Positions 18,378-20,523 of a stretch of DNA of 20,523 nt are shown piece by piece. The stretch comes from Candidatus Thorarchaeota archaeon. GTDB taxonomy: Archaea; Asgardarchaeota; Thorarchaeia; Thorarchaeales; Thorarchaeaceae. Position 1 is the stretch's first letter; every line of letters begins with the position of its first letter. The stretch is from NCBI GenBank assembly GCA_038893995.1, contig JAWAQK010000044.1:1-20523 (forward strand). Reading direction: 5' to 3'. A program made the translations under genes and the position numbers. Below the pieces are notes generated by a model, which was not told the origin of the DNA, ran no database searches, and was given only the letters and a program-made list of their open reading frames with translations.

Positions 18378-18836
18378 TCATTCCTGTGAATCGGGTGGTG
18401 GAGTGGCGATCTCGCCCTGAATGACCACGTATCCGAGAAACTCAAGTGTCGTGCCTAGTCCCTCACGCATTGACTCGACAACAGCATCCTTGATCAGACT
18501 CGACAGCTCGTCTGCAAGTTCAATGTCATTCCCAGCGAGCCTTTCGTCGCCGATGAGCCTCTGGTCAATCATCGCTGTGATGCAGCGATCCCGGTACTCT
18601 CTCTCATCTGTCGGAGCGGAGCCGTACTTGAGCGATAGGGCAACTGCCCGACACACCTTCCCTACGACCTTGGTCATCCGCTTCCTGTCATCGTCGCTGC
18701 CCACTAGGCGACTTGCCTCATCCATGAGGCGCCTCGCCCTCTCTATGGCCAGCTTCTTGGCCTCCAGTGCCTGCGCATCACGTCCCGGGGACGAAGATTT
18801 TCTTCCAGTACTCGAATAGAGCCCGCTCACGAGCAA
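18378..18836 (-). CDS. Small helical protein, probable type III CRISPR small subunit (Cas11, Csm2/Cmr5-like); start uncertain
   Basis: Last gene of the RAMP operon, all-helical pattern, with C-terminal helix TTLEFLGYVV resembling Cas11 termini. The real start probably lies after the upstream stop at 18778. Confidence 0.55.
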   Translation of the reverse strand: MLVSGLYSSTGRKSSSPGRDAQALEAKKLAIERARRLMDEASRLVGSDDDRKRMTKVVGKVCRAVALSLKYGSAPTDEREYRDRCITAMIDQRLIGDERLAGNDIELADELSSLIKDAVVESMREGLGTTLEFLGYVVIQGEIATPPPDSQE

Positions 18837-19656
18837 TCACCATCCTTGCAAACCCTCGTACAAGTTTCATGCATTCTGGACTGTTCAGAGGCACATCAAG
18901 CACACTTCTCAGTCCTGTCAGGCTGACCGCACATCGTCTGTAGTGAGATCTGTCGACGTCCAATCGAATCCGACCCAGTCCCTGTGGCTTTCCGTATCCC
19001 ACCTTCATTATCCCTGCCACCATCATATCGTCCTTGGGGAAACATCCGAGAGACATCAGCAATCCCCCCAGTTCATAGGAGCTGAGCTCTGTCCCAACTA
19101 TGGTCGTGGAGAGAAGGACACCCTTTGGTAGACACTCTATGTCCCCGTAGGCAGTGGTAGGGGGTGCGATACCTGTGTAGATCTTCACATGCCCATTTTT
19201 GCCAGGCGGTGGGGGCCACGCCCTCTGAATTTCCCTGCGATCATCATTCTCTTCGGTGGGCACAAGATCCGAGAACAGCACCTTCGAAACAGCAGGCCCA
19301 TAGCTACTATTCTTCTCGTTCTTCCTGTCTATCCAACCCTGGGCAGAAGTCCCAAAACACTCGCTCGTTTCTTTGCATGAACCTGTGAGAATGAGGTAGT
19401 TCGTGGACACTACACCCTTCATCGACGAGCCAGGGATAATGATACGTCCACTGGAGTTCCTTAGCGCACGCAGTATGAGTTTCTGGTCTTCGTCGTCATA
19501 TCCCTTTTCCCCGGAACCTACCGAGGTCTCAGTCAGGGTGACAAAGAACAGATCAAACATATGGACATCTCTGATCTTGCCTCGGGACTCGAAGATGTCC
19601 CAGGGGATTGACACACGGTTCACACCGTCCACCGGGATAAAGTCGTAGTAGGACAT
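18778..19656 (-). CDS. CRISPR-associated RAMP superfamily protein (Cas7 group, type III-D-like)
   Basis: Motifs TETSVGSG, IIIPGSSMKG, SKVLFSD and the G-rich loop KVGYGKPQGLGRI. The start abuts the upstream stop (TAGATG). Confidence 0.88.
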   Translation of the reverse strand: MSYYDFIPVDGVNRVSIPWDIFESRGKIRDVHMFDLFFVTLTETSVGSGEKGYDDEDQKLILRALRNSSGRIIIPGSSMKGVVSTNYLILTGSCKETSECFGTSAQGWIDRKNEKNSSYGPAVSKVLFSDLVPTEENDDRREIQRAWPPPPGKNGHVKIYTGIAPPTTAYGDIECLPKGVLLSTTIVGTELSSYELGGLLMSLGCFPKDDMMVAGIMKVGYGKPQGLGRIRLDVDRSHYRRCAVSLTGLRSVLDVPLNSPECMKLVRGFARMVIARERALFEYWKKIFVPGT

Positions 19657-20502
19657 CTAGTCACCACCCTGTCGTGCAGTCGGCAGCTGTCTCTGGAGGA
19701 TGTTGGCCATCGACTCTAGAAATCGCTCTGGTTCAGAGAGTCGTATTCGGACACCGAGAATCTCAGGGGCCATCTCTACAGTGCATGGAAATTCGAGGTC
19801 AGCTCCCGCTCCAAACTTGATCCCGTTCCTCACTGCAGCCAGCTGGACCTCCTGGACACCCCCCATACTCACACTCGTCTTCCTTCGTATGCCCTTGGCT
19901 ATCGCGTCCAATGACACGCAAGGCACCTCAATATCAAGTCTAGTCACATTCATCTTCACGTGACCATAGCCTCTACTCTTGAAACCCCCAAGCCTGCACA
20001 CTCCATTATTGCAGAGGGACTTGACTGCATGTATGAGGCCCAGCAGGACCGGATTGAGATTTCTCCCGCGGATTGCCAGCCCTTCGAACACCGAGCCCTC
20101 TGCAACCATCTCTACCTCGAACAGCCTGCCATTATCCCCCGCACCAGTCTGCAGGTCTATTCCGATGTGTTTTCGAGTCCCGACCTTGCCGCTAGTCATG
20201 CTCAGGTCTGAGAAGTGGAGGCAGGAGGCATGACAACTCGAGTCACCGAAGACCACGTTGACTATGGCGGAATGGGATGCAGAGAGCCCATTGAGGAGTC
20301 TGAGCGTGTTTGCCCTGAAGAAACCCTTTAGTGACGAGCCGGGAATGATTGGTCTGTCTTGGACATCCTTGATCACAGGTAGTTCAGGTTCGACTGGAGA
20401 TGTGTCGTTCCTGCCAGATCCAATTCGCAGCGGCAGCACGAGTTCTATCTTGAGGTCGATACGATACAACAGCTCATAGCTCAGGAAAGGGGATTTCGAC
20501 AA
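19657..20502 (-). CDS. csx7: CRISPR-associated RAMP protein Csx7/Csm3 (Cas7 group)
   Basis: Motifs PLRIGSG, LPVIKDVQDRPIIPGSSLKGFFR, RKHIGID and RLGGFKSRGYG. Confidence 0.88.
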   Translation of the reverse strand: MSKSPFLSYELLYRIDLKIELVLPLRIGSGRNDTSPVEPELPVIKDVQDRPIIPGSSLKGFFRANTLRLLNGLSASHSAIVNVVFGDSSCHASCLHFSDLSMTSGKVGTRKHIGIDLQTGAGDNGRLFEVEMVAEGSVFEGLAIRGRNLNPVLLGLIHAVKSLCNNGVCRLGGFKSRGYGHVKMNVTRLDIEVPCVSLDAIAKGIRRKTSVSMGGVQEVQLAAVRNGIKFGAGADLEFPCTVEMAPEILGVRIRLSEPERFLESMANILQRQLPTARQGGD

Positions 20503-20509
20503 GATCAGC

Positions 20510-20517
20510 TCACCCCC
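20510..20517 (-). promoter_or_regulatory. Shine-Dalgarno site of csx7
   Basis: GGGGGTGA lies 7 nt before the TTG start. The operon probably continues upstream beyond the window. Confidence 0.6.
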
Positions 20518-20523
20518 ATGATA

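Noticed and set aside
13621-20502. Functional link between the caspase/CHAT-like peptidase and the type III CRISPR operon (Craspase-like)
   Set aside because: The peptidase has a signal-like N-terminus and no TPR, SAVED or CARF domain. It is on the opposite strand and is separated from the operon by unrelated genes.

Overview
Archaeal chromosomal window. An Asgard origin (Thorarchaeota-like) is inferred from gene content, GGAGGTG/GGGGTGA Shine-Dalgarno sites and TATA-type promoters, and is not proven. From left to right: the remnant of a probable carotenoid operon (5'-truncated UbiA/LyeJ-type prenyltransferase plus the start of a downstream membrane gene); a minus-strand run of a 7-TM protein, a probable tandem-longin/Zn-ribbon protein and a coupled helical protein; a 1.35-kb gene-free gap containing a 623-bp MITE-like element (15-bp terminal inverted repeats, degenerate 9-bp target duplication, internal hairpins); a YyaL/SPATA20 thioredoxin-domain protein; a single-OB SSB with an R/G/S-rich tail; a GT-C glycosyltransferase pseudogene (two stops and one frameshift); a UPF0104/LPG-synthase-TM flippase-like gene; an accessory block with a membrane protein, a probably secreted clan-CD (caspase/CHAT/gingipain-like) His-Cys peptidase and a membrane-anchored prenyltransferase-repeat protein; a 4-TM plus Ig-like protein; a nitroreductase; and the 3' end of a type III (III-D-like) CRISPR effector operon (Csx7/Cas7, second RAMP, Cas11-like small subunit). 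No CRISPR array, tRNA or rRNA was found. All family calls come from motif recognition by eye; no searches were run.
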